Part shown: piece after piece, positions 18,126 through 28,298 of the stretch
Position numbering within the stretch: the first letter of the stretch is position 1
Layout: each line of letters starts with the position of its first letter
The notes under the pieces: model-generated
What the model saw: only the letters and a program-made list of their open reading frames with translations
Databases searched by the model: none
What the model was told of the DNA's origin: nothing
Program-made: the position numbers and the translations under genes
Virus record (IMG/VR): IMGVR_UViG_3300037418_002133
Location: 52,087 to 116,086 of that record
Reading direction: 5' to 3' (one strand)
Length of the DNA stretch: 64,000 nt
Source of the DNA: a virus

Positions 18126-18554
18126 TTACTTGGCAGTCAGCGAAACCTTGCTTTTGCCAAAGTTGATGATGATTTGCTTGGCGCCGCGGTCGATGTAGTT
18201 CTTGATCGACTCGGCCCAGGGCAGCGTCTCGCCGAAATCGTCGCCACCGACAGCGTCGTGGGCGCGATCGTACCAATCCTTGTCGGTCTCGGGGTTGTAC
18301 CCCTTCGCGTAGACGACGTAGCGGGAGAAGTGCTCGTCTTTCGCCTTGGATGGATCCGCCGGGTCGCCAGGCGTTCCGTTTGACATCAGATACAGACCGC
18401 GATCCTTGACCAGAATCACGGACGGACCTTTGGGCGCTTCGGTAATCGGATTGAAATCCTTGTCGTAATCAACGAGGACTTCGCTCTGTTTGTTGGCGAT
18501 GGAGTGCTCGACGACCCGCTTCAGCGCGGCAGCGTCGAAAACCAGCTTTGCCAT
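18126..18554 (-). CDS. DUF3085 family protein
   Basis: LVKDRGLYLMSNG...VVYAKGYNP...VGGDDFGE. Confidence 0.8.
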   Translation of the reverse strand: MAKLVFDAAALKRVVEHSIANKQSEVLVDYDKDFNPITEAPKGPSVILVKDRGLYLMSNGTPGDPADPSKAKDEHFSRYVVYAKGYNPETDKDWYDRAHDAVGGDDFGETLPWAESIKNYIDRGAKQIIINFGKSKVSLTAK

Positions 18555-18600
18555 GATCTGTTGTCTCCTGTTTGCGATGATTAATCGTCGCACAGTCGCG

Positions 18601-18957
18601 TCAGGATTGCGGTTGGGAGAGCGCTCTGGGCTTCAGGTAGACACGCACGCGATAGGCCGTGTTTTTTGCCTTCATCATGCCGGTCAACAGGCACTTCGAT
18701 ATAAACTTGCCGTGGACTGTGCATCCGTAGCCATTGTGATAACTATGGATATAACCGTCGGGCTCCCCTCGCCTGCCCATCGCCTCGTCGACCGTGAGCC
18801 AGACGTGACCTTCGAAGCACGACGGAATCGGATCGCCATTCGGGAAGAACGGCTTCTCATAGACCGTGGCGCGTTCGATGCCGGCCCAGACGTCCGATAG
18901 ATCGTTCCAGTAGAGCCGCCCTTCCGGCGCCCGCTGGTTTGCCATGACGTAGCTCAT
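18601..18957 (-). CDS. hypothetical protein
   Basis: Overlap with upstream gene. Confidence 0.55.
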   Translation of the reverse strand: MSYVMANQRAPEGRLYWNDLSDVWAGIERATVYEKPFFPNGDPIPSCFEGHVWLTVDEAMGRRGEPDGYIHSYHNGYGCTVHGKFISKCLLTGMMKAKNTAYRVRVYLKPRALSQPQS

Positions 18958-19229
18958 GCCTCGTCTCCAGCCTGTATATTTTCCTCTACAAGATCCACGA
19001 CCGGTTCCTCATCCAAGAACCCGTGAATTGTCATCGAAGGCGAAAGACTGACTTGTGGAAGATCTGGATCATCGCACTTCAAATCCGAGATCAGATCGCA
19101 TCCGCCGGCATTGTCGACCTCGATATCGTCAAACTGGATTGTCTTGGCTAGTTCGATCGCTTCCGCTTTTGAGTTCGCCTTGATGTAGGCGGTCGCAACA
19201 ACCTCGATGTCGATGGAGTAAAGGTTCAT
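18954..19229 (-). CDS. hypothetical acidic protein
   Basis: Start MNLYSID at 19229 with AGGAG RBS. Confidence 0.6.
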   Translation of the reverse strand: MNLYSIDIEVVATAYIKANSKAEAIELAKTIQFDDIEVDNAGGCDLISDLKCDDPDLPQVSLSPSMTIHGFLDEEPVVDLVEENIQAGDEA

Positions 19230-19927
19230 GTTGAATGCTCCTGCGAAATTTGAATAAGAGTTGCACGACGCGCACTGGATAGCTTCCGGCGGCGTCAGGG
19301 TGTTGCGAGCGTTTCTAAGCGTCACAGAGCGTCGGGTTTGAGAGCGTGTCTCTTCACACAGCGAGACGACGCAAACGCATAGAAACGCAAACCTGAGCGT
19401 CTACGCAGCGCTCCCGTCGCTCTTTCGCTCGTGAAGTAGTTCGAGAAACTGCGGAAGGTCGGATTTCTTGCCGTCGGGCAGCGGTTTGAACCCCACGGAA
19501 ATGCTGACCAGGGTGTCGATCGGTGTCATCAGCCAGGTGTTGTCGATGGTGTTGCGCCCGTAGATGTCCGTCGGTGTAACCCGCACCGAGTCGATGCGGA
19601 AAACGCTGCCGTTCTCCAGGTTCAGATCGATGAAGGAAATTGCGTCTTGGTTCTCAGGATTGAGAAGGTGGAGCGCGCTAATCAGATTGCGAAACCCCTG
19701 CCTCATGGCGTCGTCACCCGCTCGACGTGCTTGGGATCCGAGGCGATCAAGGCGGCGCCGACGCACCGCATCATACTGCGTCGGTCGATCGGCCGCATAT
19801 CGCTCCAAGCCGGCACAGGATTGACCCGGTCTGGCGTCCGCCGGGTGAACTCACGGCGTAATTCGCGGACAAAGGCTTCGGTTGAGACGGCGAGCGTCGT
19901 TGCATCAGGAGTCGGCATGTTACCTCA

Positions 19928-19945
19928 TAAGTCAGAACTGACTTA
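19928..19945. promoter_or_regulatory. operator palindrome TAAGTCAGAACTGACTTA
   Basis: Just upstream of GAGG-ATG at 19918. Confidence 0.8.
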
Positions 19946-19981
19946 ATTATCGTGCGAAAACAAACGGTTGTCGAATGGTGT

Positions 19982-20365
19982 TCAGTTAACTTCCAGATGT
20001 TCCATCACCCGTTTGACAGTCACGGCGAACCAGACGCCACGACCGGATGGTGTCTCAACCTGATGTTCGTTGAGGTACTTGGCGATGTCGCGCAGACCGG
20101 TTCGCCCTTGGGCCTTGGCCTCGGCGATGACCGGCGCAATCTCGTTGCGAAACTTGACGGCTTTCAATTGCCGGACACGAACGGCGTCCTCACGCATCTT
20201 GTCCATGTCCGGATTGCCGTATTCCGCTGCAAGCGCGACCTTGGCCTGCTCTTTCAAATTCGACAAGGCCGCGGCAATCCCCTCGCCGGCCGGATCCAGG
20301 TCGATCACGGCCTGGGCCAGTTTCTTGAGGAGCTGTACGCGGCTCTCGTTGGACTTCTTGGGCAT
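19982..20365 (-). CDS. protein with only the C-terminal DNA-binding part of a serine recombinase
   Basis: GLRDIAKYLNEHQVETPSGRGVWFAVTVKRVM; no catalytic resolvase domain. Confidence 0.6.
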   Translation of the reverse strand: MPKKSNESRVQLLKKLAQAVIDLDPAGEGIAAALSNLKEQAKVALAAEYGNPDMDKMREDAVRVRQLKAVKFRNEIAPVIAEAKAQGRTGLRDIAKYLNEHQVETPSGRGVWFAVTVKRVMEHLEVN

Positions 20366-20366
20366 C

Positions 20367-20624
20367 TTAGTGAGTGGTTCCCACAATCTCGGGGTCTTTG
20401 GCCATCTGGAATAGAATATCCATGATCGCCGGCACCTTCAACGCCACAGAGAGCGCAACCAGTGTTTCACCAATCTTGAGTTGTTCGGGGGTGAACTGAG
20501 AGGGATCCGAGACGTTGTAGGTATTGAAAATCTGGACCGATCCGTCGGCCTTGATCACCAGGCCAGCATCGCCATCGGCGATCGGAGAGACAGGAGGTAC
20601 GAGTTCTTCGATGGAAAATGGCAC
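20367..20624 (-). CDS. hypothetical protein
   Basis: Promoter box 20681-20693 with GCTATA upstream. Confidence 0.6.
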   Translation of the reverse strand: MPFSIEELVPPVSPIADGDAGLVIKADGSVQIFNTYNVSDPSQFTPEQLKIGETLVALSVALKVPAIMDILFQMAKDPEIVGTTH

Positions 20625-20963
20625 GTCAGATCCTTTGAACGTTAACTGCTGCGATACGCACAGTATAGCGTCAGAGCGTTGGCGAGCGCACGGTTATGCC
20701 AAGGTCTGCGAATCAAAAGCCCCGCGACGGGGTGTGCGGGGCTTCCGTGAATAGAGCTTCTTGCTCGGAATAACGCGACCGCGTCGGTGCGGATCAGGAC
20801 ACCAACGGGTCGGAATGCGCTGGTTCAGTTTGTCGAAATCGACCTTTTTGAGACGCTTTGCCATGACAGATCACCTTTACAAAATTATTCCCAACTTTTT
20901 TCGGAATTATGCATTCCGGATACTGGTTTTTCTTGTGCGGACTCGACCCACATTATATCGCTT

Positions 20964-22148
20964 TTTAGCGTTTTCGCTAAATGGCGACGACGTAGGTAAA
21001 AAATCCGCGCTAATAAGACAAAAATCCTGTTGACCAGCTAAAGAACATACAGGAAACATGGTCAGTACCCTCGCCTGTCATCAAGGAGATTATTATGAGT
21101 TACCATAGTGTCGAGGAGTTCGCAGAAATGCGGTCTTCTCTTGCTCAACAACTAGTGTCCACCGCTGCTCGGTTTGCCGACGATCGTGGTTTGACGAAAC
21201 TGAACGAAGCGGCGTTGCGACAACTCTCGACTCCTGTGAACGACGTGGCTTTGGAACTCCTTGTCTTTGGCGCCGATGCCTGGCCCGAATATGTTCGGCT
21301 CGACAACGGTAGCGATTTCGCGAAAATGCTAAATGGAGAAAACGGCTCTTAACGAAAACTGCCTTTCGCGAAACCGCTAAATCGTCCTTTCGTTATTGCG
21401 CTAAAGGACGATTTAGCGAATTGTTACCTCGATCGAATCCCAGGTCCGCTCCTCGCCCGCTTCGTCGAGAAGTTTGGTAAGCGCCTTCTGAGTTGCCTCC
21501 GTTGGCGTCGCGCCGCTGGCCTCGACCGTCCGGATCCGCTGATGGGCCGCGTTATACGCAATCGCCATTGCCGTAATCAGTGCCATTTTCCATCGTTCTT
21601 TCGTTAAATCGTTATTTCGCCCAAGCGCTCTTTAGCGAATTGACGCCACGGAGCGCCTCCTTTGCATCGTAATTCGGGTGATTTTGCCACCATTTCAGTT
21701 TTCGCTCGCAGATGGTAAGTTCTTTTGCCGCCTGCATTTTCTCCGCTGTCGTGCCATTCTGATGCATAAAGGTCAGATATAGCAGGTTTTCGTAGTGTCT
21801 GAGGTAGCCCTTCACAGCATTCAGCTTGTGAAAGTCGACGGCGCCGGTGAACGGCTCGCGCTGCTCGGAATAAATCAGGCTCATCGCGTTCTCGCTAAAT
21901 CGCTAAATCGTGAATTAACGATAGCGCGTCGCACGTCGGGATGCGGCTGGCGATTGCACCCGTCGAACGGCAATCGCTAAAGAGCGAAATCGCTAAATAG
22001 CTCGTTCGCTAAAACGCGATTAGAGCGTCACTGAGCGTCGGATCGATTGAGACGTACAATGCAGCGTTAAGACGACGACAGCGCATCAGCGCGCGTTCCT
22101 GCTCGATCCCGGTGATGCTGTAGATCGCGAAATAGCGTTTTCGCTAAA
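20964..22148. repeat. cluster of TCGCTAAA/TTTAGCGA 8-mers (putative centromere)
   Basis: Copies at 20974, 21412, 21631, 21892, 21900, 21974, 21990, 22006, 22141 plus near matches. Confidence 0.65.
21612..21884 (-). CDS. hypothetical protein
   Basis: Promoter box 21938-21950 upstream. Confidence 0.65.
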   Translation of the reverse strand: MSLIYSEQREPFTGAVDFHKLNAVKGYLRHYENLLYLTFMHQNGTTAEKMQAAKELTICERKLKWWQNHPNYDAKEALRGVNSLKSAWAK

Positions 22149-22456
22149 TCGCGATCTAACAAAGCGGTGAATAATAGTTCATTTCACGTGGAACGAATTA
22201 ACGGAACTTTAAACAGTTCCACCCTTCGCCTGATAGGCGGGGCAACCCTCGCAGTCCGAGGGGTATTTCAACAAATGGCCGGCGAGGGCGTTGCGCGAGA
22301 GCCACCTGGGCACGTTGAGCAACTGGTCCGGCGCCTCATCCATTGCCCAGCCACACAGCATCGGACCCTCGATCTGGCGCTGATCACCGGTGAGGGCGTC
22401 CACCTCGACAGCATTCTCGGCGCGCTGGGCGAAACGACAGGGGATCATGACGGATC

Positions 22457-22816
22457 CTAGGTCTGGGGGAGGGGGCGCCAATGCGTCGCCTTGAAGAAAA
22501 AGAGCCCATCTCCATTGTCGCGGTAAACACCGCGTTCTTCGCAGGCTGTGAAATTTGGCTTTGTCGAAATAGGGCGCCAGATGTTCGGCGGAACCGCGAC
22601 ACGCAGCGGCTCAAAATTGTCGGCAAAATAGTCCGCAGCGACTAGCCATTTGTCGGCGTGGTTCTTCGGGTTGCGAGCGATCATGTCACCGGTCTTGGGT
22701 GATCCATCAGCCGCATCGACGGCGGAAACACTCACGCCGCTCATGTCGAAGTCTGGCGTCCAGGGCTGCATTTCCGCGATTTGCGTTCTGCGGTACTGGG
22801 TGAAAGTGTCGCTCAT
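22457..22816 (-). CDS. hypothetical phage protein
   Basis: Start MSDTFTQY; GDMIARNPKNHADKWLVAADYFADNFE. Confidence 0.65.
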   Translation of the reverse strand: MSDTFTQYRRTQIAEMQPWTPDFDMSGVSVSAVDAADGSPKTGDMIARNPKNHADKWLVAADYFADNFEPLRVAVPPNIWRPISTKPNFTACEERGVYRDNGDGLFFFKATHWRPLPQT

Positions 22817-23009
22817 GGGCGTAGCCCTCCCAACTTGTGCTTTGTTCGTTGAAGACGGCGTCGCTGTGCGCGGGTCAGTTCCGGCGGTGCAAAAACGGAC
22901 GCTTCTTTGATCGCCAGTTCTTCGCGATTCCGCGCCTGCGCTTTGTGAAACGCCTCCAGTTTTGCCCGATAGTAGTCGTCGGGCGACATGGGATGGTTGA
23001 AATCCACCA

Positions 23010-23702
23010 TCACACCGCCTCCACGCGCTCAAATCGACCATCTTCGAACTCAGCGACAGGACGGACCCAGTAGCGATCGTCATCGCCGCGGTAGATCACA
23101 ACCTCATCCTCGTCCTGGAGGACGGTCTCGGCCGCGATCTGCAACGTGCCGCGCCCGATCTCGGTGTAGGTTGTGCCGCGCTTCTTGTGGCGCCAACGGG
23201 GAAGGGGATCTGCCGAGGGATAAGCCTGTGTCACCACAGGCTCACTCTCTCCCGAAGGTAGAGAGCTGAGACAACCCTCGGCAGAACGACTACCTGGTAA
23301 ACCAGGTTCGTCATCGTAGGCCGCGGTTTCGATTGCGCTACACCATGCGTCACGATGCGTTCGGCAATCTTCCAACGCCTCCCGCAGCACATCGTCACCG
23401 GCCTTGGCGGGCTCGGGGATGAGGGCGGATGTCATGTTGTCAATTTGCGTGAGAAGCCCGATCAAGTCGCCAGTTAACGGCTTCCATTCTGGAGCGGTGG
23501 CCTTGTAGTGCTTTTCCCAAAGCGCAACAGCGAGACGCTCGGCGTAAGCCGCCCCCGCGCTTGACGCTGCGGCGAGACGTAGGGCAGCGACTACTTCCGT
23601 CGACTGACGAATGCCAAGCTGTTGCGGCCTATCGCCGTGCATCGTGAAAAGGCCATCCGATGCTTCGATTTGATCCGCCAGCGTCGTGTATTTGTCGGTC
23701 AT
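23010..23702 (-). CDS. mosaic hypothetical protein with C-terminal DUF1653-like domain
   Basis: RWRHKKRGTTY...VVIYR...WVRPVAEFEDGRFE; GGAG RBS before MTDKY. Confidence 0.6.
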   Translation of the reverse strand: MTDKYTTLADQIEASDGLFTMHGDRPQQLGIRQSTEVVAALRLAAASSAGAAYAERLAVALWEKHYKATAPEWKPLTGDLIGLLTQIDNMTSALIPEPAKAGDDVLREALEDCRTHRDAWCSAIETAAYDDEPGLPGSRSAEGCLSSLPSGESEPVVTQAYPSADPLPRWRHKKRGTTYTEIGRGTLQIAAETVLQDEDEVVIYRGDDDRYWVRPVAEFEDGRFERVEAV

Positions 23703-23721
23703 GCTTGTCTCCAAGAAAGGC

Positions 23722-24056
23722 GTGGGGGCTGTGTGACCTTGAACCCTGTCGAGACCCCATAGGAGCGGGAAGCCGAGCAGGTCACTTTTCGTTGTTCGCC
23801 GAGCCCCGGCAGCGTCAAAACTAGGCTTCCCTTCGCGAAACGGTTGAAACACTTGGCAGGACTGCGACAGATCACGGGTGAGCAAACTTGGAGGAAAACA
23901 CACTCGCAATTGATATGGCGGGGCAATCGCCACGTCGCAGTCCAGCTAAATGTTTCGAGAGACATGCGGGAGTGCGACCCGCTTCAACGCCAATAACTCA
24001 GCTCCACGTATTCGCACTCCCTGCAATCGATAGCCGCGGCTACCAATTGGTCTCGA
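23722..24056 (-). ncRNA. candidate large structured ncRNA with pseudoknots
   Basis: At least 7 complementary helix pairs in a 335-nt intergenic region (see findings). Confidence 0.55.
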
Positions 24057-24752
24057 TCAGAGCGCCTTCAGGCGCTCCGCAATCTTCGAATTCGGGTTGA
24101 TCGTCAGCGTCTGACCCGAACGTGATGCGATGCCGACGACGTCGAACAGCACCATGATCTGACCCGCTTGCGAGCGCGCCGTGCCTTCGTTGTAGCCAGC
24201 ACCCGAACGGCTCGAACTGGCGCGCAGCGCAGCGACGAGATCGGCGTTGGTCACCTCACCCTTCGCGACGAGAGCCTCGAAGCACGCCATCACGTAGACG
24301 CTGGGCTTCTTGCCGACCGACAGAGAGCGGAACAGATTGTCGAACTTCTCCGCGATTTTCTTCTGGGTCGGCATCCGACCGATAACCTTCGCCTGATTTT
24401 CGATCAGATCGTCGGTGTCGCCGGCGAACGTCGTGTCCAGGATGAAGAAATCGGGATCGATGCTCGAAAGCTCCTTCGGAGCGCGGGGCGTCGCCGCCTT
24501 CTTGGCCTTCGCAGGCTTGGCAGCTTCGACAGCCTTCGGCTCGGACGCCTCGACATCGACGGTCGAAACTTCCTGATCGGCGTAGGCTTCGTCCATCGCT
24601 TCCGTGACCTCGATCGCCGAAAGATCGTCGGCGCTCAAGGACTCGATGACGAGATCCTCGTTTTCTTCGCCGATATCGTCCATGTCCAGATCGGCGAGCA
24701 TTTCGTCAACGCTGCTCGCGGCGTTGACCTCTTCGTGCAGAATCTTTTCCAT
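24057..24752 (-). CDS. acidic N-terminal protein with putative C-terminal winged-helix; distant relative of 11993/9075
   Basis: YNEGTARSQAGQIMVLFDVVGIASR resembles VGASTAPTQASSTMQALETLGIVKR; promoter box 24822-24834. Confidence 0.75.
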   Translation of the reverse strand: MEKILHEEVNAASSVDEMLADLDMDDIGEENEDLVIESLSADDLSAIEVTEAMDEAYADQEVSTVDVEASEPKAVEAAKPAKAKKAATPRAPKELSSIDPDFFILDTTFAGDTDDLIENQAKVIGRMPTQKKIAEKFDNLFRSLSVGKKPSVYVMACFEALVAKGEVTNADLVAALRASSSRSGAGYNEGTARSQAGQIMVLFDVVGIASRSGQTLTINPNSKIAERLKAL

Positions 24753-25475
24753 TTCACTCTCCTCGTTGCTGTCTTGTGTCGCGTCGTTCGCTACAGTCGA
24801 GAATATAGCGTGCTCACTTTTGGAATGCGGTTGGGACATTGCTACTTCTCAGTGGCAGTTGTCGTCGCCGGCGCCAGGCGTCCGAACAGCCCAAGACCGA
24901 GCAACAGAAAGCGCGCCACGGTCCAGCCGAGCAGTTGCCCGATGATCGAGAGAAGACCCATCACGACAGCGAACAGCGGCGTTCGCAGACATTGCCAAAG
25001 CGAAACGGGCGCCCACCAGATGCTCTCGGCGATGCCCATGCGAACCGATTGAAGCCAGTCGCTGTTCTTGCCGAATTTCACGCGAGGAGTGCCCTTGCGC
25101 TTCGCAGCCTCGGCTTCCGCCTTCTTGCGACCCGTCACCGCGTCGAGCGCCTCAACCAGATTATCGATGGTCTTTTCCTGGTTCCGGAGCTGATTGCTGG
25201 CAATATCGATGATGGTTTTCAGTTTGCCGATGACATCGAGCGAGTGATCCATGATCGACTTGATCGGGACGTGGAGATCCATCAGATCATCCTTGTCGCA
25301 GCCCAATTCAGCCGCGATATAGTCCAGATCCTTGCTGTCCCGGTAGAACAGAGCCCAGGCGCGATCATTGTCGAGAGGGGCGGTCAATGCAGCTTCTCCT
25401 GCTTCAGGACGAGATAAACGAGCGCGGAAAAGCTGCCTGTGAACAGGCAGCAGTAGACCGCGATTTCGAGCGGGC

Positions 25476-25949
25476 TCATTTCTTGGCGAGCGATTTGCGG
25501 TAGCGGGTGAGGCGGGCTTTGAACTTGGCGAGAAACTCAAGGCTCTCGGCGTTCAGCTTTTCGTTCCGCTTCTTGCTCATATTCCAGCGCGGATCTTCGA
25601 CACGATAACTTGCGTAGTGATCGGTCATATCCTCGAACGAGGTCCAGCACCGACAACCGGCGATGATGTAGAACTTCTTGCCGTTCGGTTCGATGAACAT
25701 GGCGAATTCATACTTGTCCGAACGCTTGAATGTCTTGCCGACGATCATCGGCTTGGCGCGCGACGCCGTGACGACTTGGCTATCTTCCTTCGCATAGTCG
25801 GGGTCGAAGTGTTCGGTATAGGATTCGTTCAAATTGATGAACTTGATCACACCGTTACGTTCTCGTTCGACCAGAACCGCGTTTGTTTTCACGCAATAGT
25901 CGCTCTCGTACACGAACCGATCGCCAGGCTTCAGTGCTGCCAAATCCAT
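25476..25949 (-). CDS. hypothetical protein
   Basis: Start MDLAALKPG; YIIAGCR motif. Confidence 0.6.
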   Translation of the reverse strand: MDLAALKPGDRFVYESDYCVKTNAVLVERERNGVIKFINLNESYTEHFDPDYAKEDSQVVTASRAKPMIVGKTFKRSDKYEFAMFIEPNGKKFYIIAGCRCWTSFEDMTDHYASYRVEDPRWNMSKKRNEKLNAESLEFLAKFKARLTRYRKSLAKK

Positions 25950-25959
25950 TTCTTTTCTC

Positions 25960-26517
25960 CTATGCCGCAAGCGCAACGGCGCCTGTTTCGATTTTGAACC
26001 AACCCCAGTCGAGCCCGCGAAAGAACGCCTGTGCTGTGCAGTCCACGTCGTAATCTGCGGCGTGCGCTTTCGTCGGGTCGTAGGGAATGTCGAGCGCCCA
26101 GCACAGCGCGCCGAGGTTGGGCACCGTGCCCATTGGCGTCGCAAATCGACCCATCAGCATGGTGTCGAAGGTGGGCTTGGTGAGTCTGGGCAGCTTGATC
26201 CGCTCCAGCTCGAAATTGATGAAGGGGGCGTCAAAGCCGTCCCAGTTGTGACCCACGACAAGATCACAACGTTCCATGACCTTGCGTAGATCGCCGGCGA
26301 CGTCATCCCAGACCGGACAACCTTCAAGATCCGAGATCGAAATCTTGTGAACGGCCTGCGCCGCGGGTTGGATCGTTCGCATCGGATGGATGCGCTTGAA
26401 ATAGTGACCTTTCTTCGTTCGGGTCGTCAGATCATAGAGGCCGACGTAGACCTCTATGATCCGGTGATCGCCGATCTCCAGACCGGTCGTTTCAGTATCG
26501 GCGACGCCAATCAGCAC
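25960..26517 (-). CDS. DnaQ-like DEDDh 3'-5' exonuclease
   Basis: ADTETTG, VGHNWDGFD, AHAADYD. Confidence 0.92.
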   Translation of the reverse strand: MLIGVADTETTGLEIGDHRIIEVYVGLYDLTTRTKKGHYFKRIHPMRTIQPAAQAVHKISISDLEGCPVWDDVAGDLRKVMERCDLVVGHNWDGFDAPFINFELERIKLPRLTKPTFDTMLMGRFATPMGTVPNLGALCWALDIPYDPTKAHAADYDVDCTAQAFFRGLDWGWFKIETGAVALAA

Positions 26518-26775
26518 TACGACGCCCTCGCCGAACGAAGGTGGGCGTTGTTCGCGTCATTGGCGACGACGCCGACGGAAGCCGTCATCAGCCGGCGGAG
26601 AACGCTGATACGATGATTGGTGTCGTCGATCTCCTTGAGGAGATTGTTGACCTTGTAGAGGTCAATCTCGCCGTTGGCGCGGCGCGGGAAGCGACCGCAG
26701 ATGATGATCTGTTCCAGAAGATCGTGCGTCTCAGCCTTCATGGCTTTGCTCCACAGTTGAGAAGGGCAGGGTGGT

Positions 26776-27198
26776 TTAGTTGCGGGGTTTCTCTGGTGCG
26801 TTGAGCTTCGCGGTCTCGTTGCGGATCCAGGATTTCAGGAGATCCAGACCGGGATTGACCACGTCCTTGACCGTGTCGGATTTGACCAGCTTCTCGCCCA
26901 TTTCAGAGCCGGCGATCAGAAGCATGGTTTGACGCGAAGGAACGAAGATCAGGCTTAGAAAGCAAACCAAAAACAGAATTATCTCAATTCGGAAGACCTT
27001 CTTCGTCTGAGCGATTATCTCTTCCTTCGCGTTCTTGTAGAAATCGAGGTGCATAACATCGCTGTCCGGAAGCCGACAGAGAAACTGAATCCCGGTGAAA
27101 ATTGCCGCGATGATTGTGATGGTCAGGATGATCCCACATGCATCGCGAAACTGATCGACCAATTGAATCAGATAGACGAACCAAGAGAGCGAGTTCAT
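26776..27198 (-). CDS. membrane protein
   Basis: Two hydrophobic segments; PSRQTMLLIAG. Confidence 0.6.
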   Translation of the reverse strand: MNSLSWFVYLIQLVDQFRDACGIILTITIIAAIFTGIQFLCRLPDSDVMHLDFYKNAKEEIIAQTKKVFRIEIILFLVCFLSLIFVPSRQTMLLIAGSEMGEKLVKSDTVKDVVNPGLDLLKSWIRNETAKLNAPEKPRN

Positions 27199-27415
27199 TG
27201 GGGATCCTTTCAGCGCATCGTGTTTGCGGGAGTAGCGTCTGAGTCGTACCGACGCTGCCGATTGAGAAAATTCTGAATCTGCGCCTCTCGCGCGTAGCGA
27301 GAGTCGGCGATCGGATAGTTGATGCGGCTGTAGAACCGCTTGCCGGCGTGATCGATGAAAACGTCGGTGCAAGGATGCCCTTCCGACGACACGCGGGCTT
27401 TGATGATTGCTGTGG

Positions 27416-27955
27416 TCATACGTGCGTCCAAGTTCTTCGCGCTCGAATGTCGCGAATCGTCTTTTTGCTAACTTTGAGACTTTGCGCTAAATCGCTGAGG
27501 CTTCCGGCTGGCGCCTGACGGATGATCAGCACCTGTGCCGGCGTCAGCTTGGAATTGCCGTTCGACGTTCCGCGGCTGGTTTTCAGGCCCTCACGATGGG
27601 CGTGCTTCTCGTTGTTCGCCTTGGACGACCATTCGAGATTGCAGACGGGATCGCGATCGAACCGCTCGATCCAGTTGTGCGACTTCACACCGTCGATATG
27701 ATTGACCTGGGGCAGGTTGTCCGGGTTGGGCAGGAACGCCAGCGCCAGAACCCGATTCACCAGCACTGATTTCGAAATGCCTTCGAACGTTAGGGTGAAG
27801 TAAATGCGACCGGTCTTGGCGTGGGTCGAGAACACGATCTCCTTGAGACACATGCCGCCCGGCCGAAGAATCCGACCGTCCTTGTAGGGACGAATGGCGC
27901 CAGCGGCGATCGCGCGCAGAATCCACTCGTCCTTTTTGAACGCTGGATTACTCAT
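27416..27955 (-). CDS. HNH homing-endonuclease-like protein
   Basis: VNRVLALAFLPNPDNLPQVNHIDGVKSHN...NLEW...NEKHA. Confidence 0.85.
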   Translation of the reverse strand: MSNPAFKKDEWILRAIAAGAIRPYKDGRILRPGGMCLKEIVFSTHAKTGRIYFTLTFEGISKSVLVNRVLALAFLPNPDNLPQVNHIDGVKSHNWIERFDRDPVCNLEWSSKANNEKHAHREGLKTSRGTSNGNSKLTPAQVLIIRQAPAGSLSDLAQSLKVSKKTIRDIRARRTWTHV

Positions 27956-28082
27956 GATTTCCACGTCCACTTGAACAACCAGAGCCACGCAACGGCGCAG
28001 ATGATGAAAATGCCGATAAATCCGCCGACCAGACCGATCCAGGTGACAACATCGACGGCGACGCCAGCGAAGCTCAGATCCG

Positions 28083-28298
28083 TCATTTGAGGTTGTCCTT
28101 GAGGTTCTCGCGCACCTCGTAGATCAGCTCCCAGGCATCCATCGGGATCAGACCTTGGGTGACCGCTGCAATCGTGTCTGCGACCAGCCACAGCGCGGCG
28201 TTCGACAGCCGACCCTCTGAATTGCGGAAAACCTGATCCTTAAGATGATCGAGCGATTTTCGCGCCAATTCAGAGCTATGGTCGGGCCAGTCAGACAT
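28083..28298 (-). CDS. hypothetical protein
   Basis: Overlapping operon gene. Confidence 0.55.
   Translation of the reverse strand: MSDWPDHSSELARKSLDHLKDQVFRNSEGRLSNAALWLVADTIAAVTQGLIPMDAWELIYEVRENLKDNLK

Noticed and set aside
23722-24056. tRNA or tmRNA
   Set aside because: No cloverleaf, TTCGA T-loop arm with CCA end, or tag reading frame was recognised
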